A stretch of 57,649 bases of DNA. Source: Pseudomonadota bacterium. Its GTDB lineage: Bacteria; Pseudomonadota; Gammaproteobacteria; Burkholderiales; SG8-39. Below, piece by piece: positions 49,630 through 57,649 of this stretch. Every line of letters begins with the position of its first letter. Within the stretch, counting starts at the first letter, position 1. A program made the position numbers and the translations under genes. The notes under the pieces are model-generated. The model was not told the origin of the DNA, ran no database searches, and saw nothing but the letters and a program-made list of their open reading frames with translations. The stretch is taken from the NCBI GenBank assembly GCA_038040245.1, contig JBBPIU010000004.1, positions 1 through 57,649 of the forward strand, given 5' to 3'.

Positions 49630-51318
49630 TCATTTGCGGGGCCCGCTGTGGGTTACCGCGCCATGGAAGGCAGAGCCGACCTGGGCGGCGTATTTTTCAA
49701 GCACACCTGAAAGCTGCTGCCTGGGCATTTTCGCTTTTCTTTTTTTCAATTCGCTATCAGAAACAAGAAGATTCAAAACAGCTTTGGTTGTATCAATCAG
49801 TATCCTGTCCCCATCCTTCACCAGCGCGAGCGCCCCGCCGCTTGCCGCTTCGGGCGACACGTATCCCACCATCATCCCGCGCGTCGCACCCGAGAAGCGC
49901 CCGTCTGTCACCAGCGCTACTTTCTCACCCACACCCTGTCCGTAGAGGAGCGCCGTGACGCCGAGCATTTCGCGCATGCCGGGACCGCCTTTCGGGCCCT
50001 CGTAGCGGATGACCAGCACATCGCCGGCCTTGTAGGCCTGCCGCCTCACCACATCGACGCAGGCTTCTTCCGAATCGAAGACGCGTGCGCGGCCCTCGAA
50101 GCGCAGCGACTTGAGGCCTGCGACCTTGAGCAGCGCGCCGTCGGGCGCGAGGTTGCCTTTCAGCACCACGATGCCGCCGGTATCAGTTATGGGGGTTTTG
50201 CGAACAACTTTTCCATCAGCTCCAGGGTGTCCTTTTAATTCGTCTTCGAGTTTGGTTCCATAAATAGTTAGGCAATCGCCGTGCAGCGCGCCGCGCTTGA
50301 GCAATTCCGTCAGCACCGCGTAGACCCCGCCGATTGCGTGCAGGTCCTTGGAAAGATATTTTCCGCCCGGCTTCATGTCGGCCAGCAGCGGCGTGCGCTT
50401 CGAGACGCGCGCGAGATCATCAAGCGAAAATCGGATGCCTGCCTCATGGGCGATCGCCGGGATGTGCAGGCCGGCATTGGTCGAGCCGCCGGTCGCGGCC
50501 ACCGCGGCGCAGGCGTTCTCCAGGCTTTTCCTCGTCACCAGCTCGCGCGGCAGCGGGCCCCCGGCTTTCAGGAGTTTCATGACCGCTTGTCCTGCTTTTC
50601 TAGAAAGTTCTTTTCGGAGAGGCGAAACCGCGGGCAAGGTCGCTGACCCGGGAAGCGCGAGGCCCAGCGTTTCCGAGACCATCGCCATGGTGTTGGCGCT
50701 GAATTGGCCGGGGCAGGCGCCGAGCCCGGGCAGGCACACATGCTCCAGCAGGTCCAACTCCTTGCGCGTCACGGTGCCTGCGTAAACACCGCCGACCGCC
50801 TCATAGGTATCGAGCACCGTCACGTCCTTGCCGTGCAGGCGACCGGGCAGCGCGGCGCCGCCGTACATGAACAGGGACGGCAGGTTGAGGCGCACCATCG
50901 CCATCATCATCCCGGGCAGCGTCTTGTCGCAACCGGCGAAGGTGACCAGCGCGTCGTAGGCATGGCCGCGCACCACTGCTTCGACGCCGTCGGCGATCAG
51001 TTCGCGCGACAACAGCGAGTAGCGCATCCCGCCGTGGTTCATGGACATGGAATCGGCGACCGAGATGGAGGCGAAATCGAACGGCACGCCGCCCGCGTCG
51101 CGCACGCCGGCGCAGGCTTCGCGCGCGAGCGTGCCAAGCAGCGCGTTGCAGGGCGTGACACGCCCGTCGGTCGAAGCCACGCCCACGAAGGGCTTCTCGA
51201 TATCGGCGTCGGAAAGCCCCAGGCCGCGCAGGAACGCACGGTGGGGCGCCCGGTCCAGCCCTTCGACGGTGACCCGGGATGGCAGAATCGGGATGATTTT
51301 CGATTTACGGGTGTTCAT
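49630..51318 (-). CDS. IlvD/Edd-family dihydroxy-acid dehydratase
   Basis: [46 protein letters not shown]. Confidence 0.93.
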   Translation of the reverse strand: MNTRKSKIIPILPSRVTVEGLDRAPHRAFLRGLGLSDADIEKPFVGVASTDGRVTPCNALLGTLAREACAGVRDAGGVPFDFASISVADSMSMNHGGMRYSLLSRELIADGVEAVVRGHAYDALVTFAGCDKTLPGMMMAMVRLNLPSLFMYGGAALPGRLHGKDVTVLDTYEAVGGVYAGTVTRKELDLLEHVCLPGLGACPGQFSANTMAMVSETLGLALPGSATLPAVSPLRKELSRKAGQAVMKLLKAGGPLPRELVTRKSLENACAAVAATGGSTNAGLHIPAIAHEAGIRFSLDDLARVSKRTPLLADMKPGGKYLSKDLHAIGGVYAVLTELLKRGALHGDCLTIYGTKLEDELKGHPGADGKVVRKTPITDTGGIVVLKGNLAPDGALLKVAGLKSLRFEGRARVFDSEEACVDVVRRQAYKAGDVLVIRYEGPKGGPGMREMLGVTALLYGQGVGEKVALVTDGRFSGATRGMMVGYVSPEAASGGALALVKDGDRILIDTTKAVLNLLVSDSELKKRKAKMPRQQLSGVLEKYAAQVGSAFHGAVTHSGPRK

Positions 51319-51358
51319 TTGCGCGAACCTATTCTAAGCTGCGCCCCAGGAGGAACCC

Positions 51359-52318
51359 ATGAGCCATATTGCAGCCGCGCTTTTGAGTCTTTTAGTTTTT
51401 CATGGAGCAGTAAATGCACAAGCGTACCCCACCCGGTCTGTGAAGATCATCGTGCCCTTCGCCGTCGGCGGCCCAGCCGATATCTACGCGCGCTTCGTCG
51501 GCGCGCGTCTCGGCGACGCCATGGGCCAGCCTTTCGTGGTCGAGAACCGGCCTGGCGGCGGCGCGGTCGTCGGCAGCGACGCGGTGGCGAAATCGGCGCC
51601 CGACGGCTACACGCTGCTGATGATGTCGAACACGCATACCGTCAACGAGACGCTGATCCCGAAGAAACCCTACGAGCTGATGCGCGACCTCGCGCCGATC
51701 AACGGCATCAACCACTCGGACCTGCTGATGGTGCTGCATCCGTCAGTGCCCGCGAACAATCTGAAGGAGTTCATCGCGCTCGCGAAAGCCAAGCCGCAGG
51801 ATCTGAATTACGCCTCCTCCGGCCCGGGCACGCCCTACCACATGGCGGGCGAACTGTTCAAAGCCATGGCGGGCGTGGACATCGTGCACGTGCCCTACAA
51901 GGGCAGCGACGGCGCGCGCACCGGCATCCTCGGCGGCCAGGTGCAGATGATGCTCGATGCCATCACCACCATGGCGCCGAACGTGCGCGCCGGCAAGCTG
52001 AAAGCCATGGGTACCACCGGCAAGGTGCGTTCCTCGGTTCTGCCTGACGTGCCCACGCTTGCGGAGGCAGGCGTGCCGGGCTACGAGACCGGCATCTGGC
52101 TCGGCCTGATGGCGCCCACGGGCACGCCCCGTCCGGTGCTCGAGCGCCTAAACGTCGAGATCGCCAAGGTACTCAATGCCTCTGACGTCAAGGAAACCTG
52201 GGGCAAGCAGGGCGCGGTGCCGATGGGCATGACGCTGGAGCAGTTCGACAGGTTCCTGCGCGAAGACATCGCCAAGTGGGCCGGCGTGGTCAAGGCCACG
52301 GGGATGAAAGTCGACTGA
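51359..52318 (+). CDS. Bug/TctC-family substrate-binding protein
   Basis: YP...VKIIVPFAVGG, VENRPGGG, PDGYTLL, HVPYKG, PDVPT. Confidence 0.93.
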   Translation: MSHIAAALLSLLVFHGAVNAQAYPTRSVKIIVPFAVGGPADIYARFVGARLGDAMGQPFVVENRPGGGAVVGSDAVAKSAPDGYTLLMMSNTHTVNETLIPKKPYELMRDLAPINGINHSDLLMVLHPSVPANNLKEFIALAKAKPQDLNYASSGPGTPYHMAGELFKAMAGVDIVHVPYKGSDGARTGILGGQVQMMLDAITTMAPNVRAGKLKAMGTTGKVRSSVLPDVPTLAEAGVPGYETGIWLGLMAPTGTPRPVLERLNVEIAKVLNASDVKETWGKQGAVPMGMTLEQFDRFLREDIAKWAGVVKATGMKVD

Positions 52319-52319
52319 G

Positions 52320-53126
52320 GTGCGCAGACTCGAGGGCAAGAGTGCGATCATCGTCGGCGCCGGGCAGAGCCCGGGCACCGGCATGGGCAACGGGCGCGCC
52401 ACGGCGCTGCGATTCGCGCAGGAAGGCGCCAGGGTCATGTCGGTGGACCGGGAACTCCAGCTGGCGGAGGAAACCGCCGAGATCGTGCGCAAGGCAGGCG
52501 GCGATTGCTTCGCCTTCGAAGCCGACGTCACCAGGGAAGCGGCGATGGCCGCGATGATCGCCGAGGCGAAGAAGTGCTGGGGCCGCATCGACATCCTGCA
52601 CTACAACGTCGGCGTCAGCATCGGCGGCGGCGACGCGCCGCTGCTCGAACTGACCGAGAAGGCTTTCGACAACATCGTCGCCATCAACCTGCGCGGCGCG
52701 GTGATGGCCTGCAAGCACGTGGTGCCGATCATGCGCGAGCAGCGCTCGGGCGCCATCCTCATGATCTCGTCGCTCGCCGCGATCGAGAAATATCCCTACG
52801 TCACCTACAAAGCGACCAAGGCGGCGATGATCGCGTTCACCAAGCAGGTCGCGATCCAGAACGCCGAATACGGCATCCGCGCCAACGTGATCCTGCCCGG
52901 GCTGATGGACACGCCGATGGCGGTGGACACCCGCGCCCGCAAGACCGGCAAGAGCCGCGCGGAAGTCGCCGCGATGCGCGACGCGCGTGTGCCGCTGCGC
53001 CGCAAGATGGGCACGGCGTGGGACGTGGCGAACGCCGCGCTGTTCCTCGCTTCCGACGAGGCGAACTTCATTACCGGGGTTTCCCTCCTCGTGGACGGCG
53101 GCGGTGCGCTTGACATAGGCCACTGA
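52320..53126 (+). CDS. Short-chain dehydrogenase/reductase
   Basis: Gly-rich N-terminus, YKATK catalytic motif, IRANVILPG, ITG..L.VDGG. Confidence 0.92.
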   Translation: MRRLEGKSAIIVGAGQSPGTGMGNGRATALRFAQEGARVMSVDRELQLAEETAEIVRKAGGDCFAFEADVTREAAMAAMIAEAKKCWGRIDILHYNVGVSIGGGDAPLLELTEKAFDNIVAINLRGAVMACKHVVPIMREQRSGAILMISSLAAIEKYPYVTYKATKAAMIAFTKQVAIQNAEYGIRANVILPGLMDTPMAVDTRARKTGKSRAEVAAMRDARVPLRRKMGTAWDVANAALFLASDEANFITGVSLLVDGGGALDIGH

Positions 53127-53153
53127 GCAGGCCGCCGGGTTTCCCCGGCAACG

Positions 53154-53732
53154 CTATTTCGCCAGCGCCCGGTCGAGGAAATCGAGGCGGTCCTGGCCCC
53201 AGAACAGTTCGTCGCGGTACGCATAGGTCGGCGCGCCGAACACCTGGCGCGCTAGTGCTTCCTGCGTGTTGCGTTCGAAGATCGGCTTGCCTTGCACGAT
53301 GGCGCCGGGAGCATCCGCAATGCCGTGGCGCGCGGCAATCTCGGTGAGCACCCCGATGTCGGCGATATTCCTTTCCTCCGCCCACACCGCGCGCAGGAAA
53401 TCCCCCGCGATCGCCAATTGCTTGCCCTGCGGCGCCGCGCAGATGAGGCAGGCCGCCGAAATCGGATCGGCCGGGAAGAACTTCGGCTGCAGATTCAGGC
53501 GAATGCCGAGGAAATCCCGCCAGCGCACGAGTTCTGTCAGCCGGTAGGCCTGCCGCTGCGGCGCGCGCTTGCCCAACGGCAAGCCGCCCGACTGCGGAAA
53601 TATGACGCCAAAGTCCACCGGCTTCACCGCCACCGCGGCGCCGTACCGCTGCGCGATCTGCGCGAAGCGCTCGTGGCCGAGATAGGCCCAGGGCGATGTC
53701 GGCGTGAGGTAGTAAGCAGTATTCTTCGCCAT
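53154..53732 (-). CDS. DsbA-like / 2-hydroxychromene-2-carboxylate isomerase family protein
   Basis: SPWAYL, VFGAPT, FWGQDRL; ATG at 53732. Confidence 0.88.
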   Translation of the reverse strand: MAKNTAYYLTPTSPWAYLGHERFAQIAQRYGAAVAVKPVDFGVIFPQSGGLPLGKRAPQRQAYRLTELVRWRDFLGIRLNLQPKFFPADPISAACLICAAPQGKQLAIAGDFLRAVWAEERNIADIGVLTEIAARHGIADAPGAIVQGKPIFERNTQEALARQVFGAPTYAYRDELFWGQDRLDFLDRALAK

Positions 53733-53740
53733 CTCGCGTC

Positions 53741-55264
53741 TCAGTCGCTGGCCGAAGTGGCTGCGGCGTGGCGACGGCGCGACACCGCCAGCAGGGCGCG
53801 CACCACAGGTACCGCCACCGCCACAAGGGCCGCGATGGTGAGCACGGCGGCGATCGGACGCAGGAAGAAGATTCCCAGCCCCGCGTCGGAGATGATCAGG
53901 GACTGGCGCAGCGCGCGTTCCGCCAGCGGCCCGAGCACCAGTGCGAGCACCAGCGCGGCAGGCGAATAGCCGAGCTTCTTCATCGCGTAGCCGAGCACGC
54001 CGAAGACCAGCATCTGTCCAACGTCCCACACGTTGTTCTTCAGCGAATAGGCGCCGGTAATGCAAAAGACGATGATGAGCGGCATGAGGATGGTGTAGGG
54101 CACCCGCAGCGCGCGCACGAATAGCGGGATGAAGGCGGTGCTGAGGATCAGCAGCATGACGTTGGCGATGTACTGCGAGGCGATCAGCCCCCAGACGAAT
54201 TCGGGATTTTTCTCGAACAGCATCGGTCCCGGCCTCAAGCCCCACATCATCAGGCCACCGAGCATGATGGCCGTCGTCGCCGAGCCCGGGATGCCCAGCG
54301 TCAGCATCGGCACCATGGCCCCAATCGCGGCGGCGTTGTTGGCCGACTCGGGCCCGGCCACGCCCTCGATCGCGCCCTTGCCGAACTCCTGCGAGTGCTT
54401 CGAGACTTTCTTCTCCACCGTGTAGGAAAGGAACGAAGCGACGGTCGGGCCCGCACCCGGCAGAAGACCGACCGAGAATCCGAGCACCGTGCCGCGGACG
54501 ATGGCCCAGCGGCTGCGCACCCAGTCCTTGGCGCTCGGCATCACGTCCCGGAGGCCGTAGCGCCCCTGGAGGATGGCGTTGCCCGTCGCCATCTCCGCGC
54601 CGGCCAGCACTTCCCCTAGCCCGAACAACCCGATGGCGACCGGCAGAAAGTCCATCCCGTCCATCATCTCGGGGATGCCGAAGGCGTAGCGCGCGTCGCC
54701 GGAGATGATGTCGAAGCCCACCATGGCGAGCATCAGCCCCAGCACCATGCTGATGTAGCCCTTGAGCGCGTTATCCCCGGTGAGCAGGGTGACCGTCGTG
54801 AGGCCGAGCAGCATGAGAGCGAAGGTCTCCGGCGGGCCGAAGGAAAGAGACCAGCGTGCCAACGCCGGCGACACGAGCATCAGCAGGACCACGCCGACAG
54901 TGCCGGCGATGAACGAGCCGATTGCGGCAATGCCCAACGCCGGTCCTGCGCGACCCTGCAGTGCCATCTGGTAACCGTCGAGGCAGGTGACGACCGAGGC
55001 CGATTCTCCAGGCGTGTTGATGAGCACCGAGGTGATGGTTCCGCCGTACATCGTGCCCGCGTAGAGCGCGGCCAGCATGATGATCCCGGAGGTGGGCTCC
55101 ATGCCGAAGGTGAGCGGCAGCAGCAGCGCGACGCCCGACGGCGGTCCGATACCCGGCAGCGCGCCGATCAGGATGCCCACGATCACGCCCGCTGTTGCCA
55201 TGAGGAGGTTGAACGGCGTCAGCGCGACCGAGAACCCCATCGACAAATTGGCGAGGAAGTCCAG
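53741..55264 (-). CDS. tctA: Tripartite tricarboxylate transporter TctA; probable CTG start
   Basis: GALPGIG, YGGTITSVLINTPG, PESANNA, LGIPG, G..PGP; N-terminus (L)DFLANLSMGF follows GAGGGA. Confidence 0.88.
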   Translation of the reverse strand: MDFLANLSMGFSVALTPFNLLMATAGVIVGILIGALPGIGPPSGVALLLPLTFGMEPTSGIIMLAALYAGTMYGGTITSVLINTPGESASVVTCLDGYQMALQGRAGPALGIAAIGSFIAGTVGVVLLMLVSPALARWSLSFGPPETFALMLLGLTTVTLLTGDNALKGYISMVLGLMLAMVGFDIISGDARYAFGIPEMMDGMDFLPVAIGLFGLGEVLAGAEMATGNAILQGRYGLRDVMPSAKDWVRSRWAIVRGTVLGFSVGLLPGAGPTVASFLSYTVEKKVSKHSQEFGKGAIEGVAGPESANNAAAIGAMVPMLTLGIPGSATTAIMLGGLMMWGLRPGPMLFEKNPEFVWGLIASQYIANVMLLILSTAFIPLFVRALRVPYTILMPLIIVFCITGAYSLKNNVWDVGQMLVFGVLGYAMKKLGYSPAALVLALVLGPLAERALRQSLIISDAGLGIFFLRPIAAVLTIAALVAVAVPVVRALLAVSRRRHAAATSASD

Positions 55265-55275
55265 CGGCCCGTCCC

Positions 55276-55731
55276 TCAGAACCCGAACACGCTGACGGGG
55301 AATGGCACCCGCAGCCAGTACGTGAAGATCAGGAAGTTGAGACCGGCCGTCGCCGCGGCCACCGACAGGGTGAGCGGCCAAGGGTTGCGATCGAGCACTC
55401 GCAACAGGACGACCAGGAACAGCGCCGTTCCGAGGATCATGCCCACGATCTTGAGCAGCGCCACAAAGGCAATCGTGACTCCCAGCACCAGGGCGATCCG
55501 CCTGAGCCCCTCGCCGCGGGGCAGCCAGTCGGGTCCGGGTTCGCGCGAGCGCAGTGCTCCCACGAGCAACGCTCCGGCGAGCATCGCCATGATGACGCCA
55601 AGCCAGAACGGCAGGAACGCCGAACCCGGGCCGCCCGGTCCAGAGTAGGTGTAGTACTTGAGCGCGCCTGCGGAGAACGCCACGGCAAACGCGAGCAACG
55701 CCGCGCCGGCGATCCGGTCCGCATTGCGCAC
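55276..55731 (-). CDS. tctB: TctB-family small membrane subunit
   Basis: Several TM segments, GPGSAFLP, IFTYWLRVPFP; between tctC and tctA. Confidence 0.85.
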   Translation of the reverse strand: MRNADRIAGAALLAFAVAFSAGALKYYTYSGPGGPGSAFLPFWLGVIMAMLAGALLVGALRSREPGPDWLPRGEGLRRIALVLGVTIAFVALLKIVGMILGTALFLVVLLRVLDRNPWPLTLSVAAATAGLNFLIFTYWLRVPFPVSVFGF

Positions 55732-55749
55732 GCCAGGCGCGCCTTGCGC

Positions 55750-56715
55750 TTACTTCTTCAAGGCGCCGAGGGCGCTCTCGTATTTACCGATGAGCCCGTC
55801 CAGATACTTGTTCGCTTCCTCGCCCACCCAGGCGGTCGGCGTCAGGAGATTGCGCTTGATGTACAGCTCCTGCCATTTCTTGGTCGCCGTCACCTTCCTC
55901 AGCGCGTCCTGCCACCAGGCCACCGACTCGGGCGTCATGTTGGCCGGCCCCACCACCCCGCGCATCTGCTCCCAGTAGAACTCATAGCCCTTCTCGACGA
56001 ACGTCGGAACGTCCTGGGCGTCGGGCATGCGCTTGCGCGCGGCAACCGCGAGGTTTGTCGCCTTTTTCGCCTCGATCTGAGCCACGATCTCGTTCGGGTT
56101 CATGACGCCGGCATCGATGTGGCCGCCCATCAGCGCCGCCGTAACCTCGCCACCCGAATTGAAGGGCACGTACTTCACCTTGATCTTTGCCGCCTGCTCG
56201 AACAGGTAGGTGAAGATGTGATCCTCGCTGTAGGTGGCGGTGCCGCCCACCGTAAGCTGGCCGGGCCTGGCGCGCGCGGCGTTGACGAAATCATCGACCG
56301 TCTTGAACGGCGACTCGTTGCGCACCGAGAGCATGAGTTCGTCGATGGCGACGATCATCAGGATGGTCATGGCGTCGCGATGATTCCCCGACAGCCGCCC
56401 TTCGATCTTGCCCGAGACGATCATCGGGGTAGCGCCGGCCACCACGTGGGAATCGCCCTTCTTGTTGATCAGGTAGCTGAAGCCGACGGCGCCGCTGCCG
56501 CCGGCGCGATTGTTGACGTTGATCGGCACCGGCGACCATTTGTTCTCGTCCATGATCCCCGTGATCATGCGCATCAGATTGTCGGTGCCGCCGCCCGGGG
56601 CGTAGGGCACCACCACCTCGACCATCCTCGACGGGTATTTTGCCTGGGCAAGTGCATCGCCGGCGGATGTGAGCAGCAGCGCGATGGACGCGCCAAGCAG
56701 ACGCAGTGTATTCAT
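55750..56715 (-). CDS. tctC: TctC-family substrate-binding protein
   Basis: ATG at 56715, signal peptide, VPYAPGGGTD, NRAGGSG, YVPF, DVPT. Confidence 0.9.
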   Translation of the reverse strand: MNTLRLLGASIALLLTSAGDALAQAKYPSRMVEVVVPYAPGGGTDNLMRMITGIMDENKWSPVPINVNNRAGGSGAVGFSYLINKKGDSHVVAGATPMIVSGKIEGRLSGNHRDAMTILMIVAIDELMLSVRNESPFKTVDDFVNAARARPGQLTVGGTATYSEDHIFTYLFEQAAKIKVKYVPFNSGGEVTAALMGGHIDAGVMNPNEIVAQIEAKKATNLAVAARKRMPDAQDVPTFVEKGYEFYWEQMRGVVGPANMTPESVAWWQDALRKVTATKKWQELYIKRNLLTPTAWVGEEANKYLDGLIGKYESALGALKK

Positions 56716-56729
56716 CTGGAAGTCCCTCC

Positions 56730-57649
56730 TCATTGAACGATTCCCGCAGATATTAACGCTTGCCGCTCCTGCTCGCTGTAACTTAGCTCCGCGAGGATCT
56801 CGACGGTGTGCTGGCCGAGCAGCGGCGCCGGTCGGTCCACGGCGCCGGGCGTTTCGGAAAGCTTGACCGGGACGCCCAGCGCCTTGATCGCGCCGGCGCC
56901 CGGATGGCTCAGGTCCACCACCATGTCGCGCGCCAGGGTGTGCGGGTCCGCGAGGGCCTCGGCGTAGTTGTTGATGGGCCCTGAGGGCACGCTCGCCTGA
57001 TCCAGGCGCCGGAGCCACACGGCGCTCGGCTCGGTCACGGTAACCTTTTCGATCTCCGCGATGAGCGCGGCCCGGTTTGCGAGGCGCTCGACGCGACTGC
57101 GGAAGCGGGCGTCTCCAGGCAGGTCGGGCCGCCCGATGGCGCCGCACAAAGCTGCGAACAGCTTGTCGTTGCCGGCCCCCACGGTGAAATAGCCGTCCCG
57201 CGCGCGCAGGGCCTGGTAGGGCGCCGAGAGGCGGTGCGCCGAGCCCATCGCCTTTGGCACCCGCCCGGTCGCCCAGTACTCGGCCGACTCCCACACGGTG
57301 AGCGCCATCGCGGACTCCAGCAACGAGGTGTCCACGAACTGGCCCTCCCCCGTGCGATCCCTGTGTTCGAGCGCGCACAGGATTCCATAGGCTGCGAACA
57401 ATCCCGCCGCCAGGTCGGAGAGCGGAATCCCCGATTTGGCCGGCGGACCGTCCTCGTCGCCCGTGACGCTGATGATCCCGCTCATTCCCTGGGCGATCAG
57501 GTCGTAGCCGCCGCGCGGCGCATACGGCCCGGTGGCGCCGAAGCCGCTGAGCGCGCAATAGATCAACCGCGGGTTGACGGCGGCGAGCGCGTCGTAGCCG
57601 AGCCCGAGCCGCTGCGCGACGCCCGGGCGGTAGTTCTGCACGAACACAT
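56730..57649 (-). CDS. CaiB/BaiF family III CoA-transferase (5' end outside the window)
   Basis: NYRPG, NPRLIYC..SGFG..GPY, GYDLIAQGMSG, APLLGQHT. Confidence 0.92.
   Translation of the reverse strand, partial: VFVQNYRPGVAQRLGLGYDALAAVNPRLIYCALSGFGATGPYAPRGGYDLIAQGMSGIISVTGDEDGPPAKSGIPLSDLAAGLFAAYGILCALEHRDRTGEGQFVDTSLLESAMALTVWESAEYWATGRVPKAMGSAHRLSAPYQALRARDGYFTVGAGNDKLFAALCGAIGRPDLPGDARFRSRVERLANRAALIAEIEKVTVTEPSAVWLRRLDQASVPSGPINNYAEALADPHTLARDMVVDLSHPGAGAIKALGVPVKLSETPGAVDRPAPLLGQHTVEILAELSYSEQERQALISAGIVQ

Noticed and set aside
1-57649. tRNA, rRNA, CRISPR arrays, IS elements, prophage genes
   Set aside because: None recognised by eye; intergenic spaces are short. tRNAscan, Rfam and ISfinder searches were not run.

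Overview
GC-rich chromosomal window that looks betaproteobacterial (inferred from gene order and protein style). Left: fimV (5' part), asd, leuB/D/C, an MFS permease and a 1018-aa membrane/spermidine-synthase-like fusion. Positions ~9.1-24.5 kb form an accessory and defence hotspot: vapBC-type TA, TetR/MAPEG pair, Fic protein, intact higA with a truncated higB, and an ~11.8-kb island. The island carries a translationally coupled type I R-M operon (hsdM, GmrSD-like, hsdS, PLD nuclease-like, hsdR) and a second GmrSD-like gene. It is bracketed by a duplication of the 3' end of der (18-bp perfect core plus a degenerate tail) and contains no integrase. Recombination at that core would fuse der in frame to the higB remnant. 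Middle: the conserved ndk-rlmN-pilW-rodZ-ispG-hisS-yfgM-bamB-der cluster, tilS, accA, a GGDEF protein, an AlkA-like/DUF6352-like/HNH group and HU. Right: acyl-CoA ligase plus TRAP transporter, kup, aldolase, a secreted hypothetical with a structured leader, orphan chrB, IlvD/Edd dehydratase, Bug, SDR, DsbA/HCCA isomerase, tctABC and a partial CoA-transferase. No rRNA, tRNA or CRISPR array was seen. All family calls come from reading motifs by eye, not from database searches.
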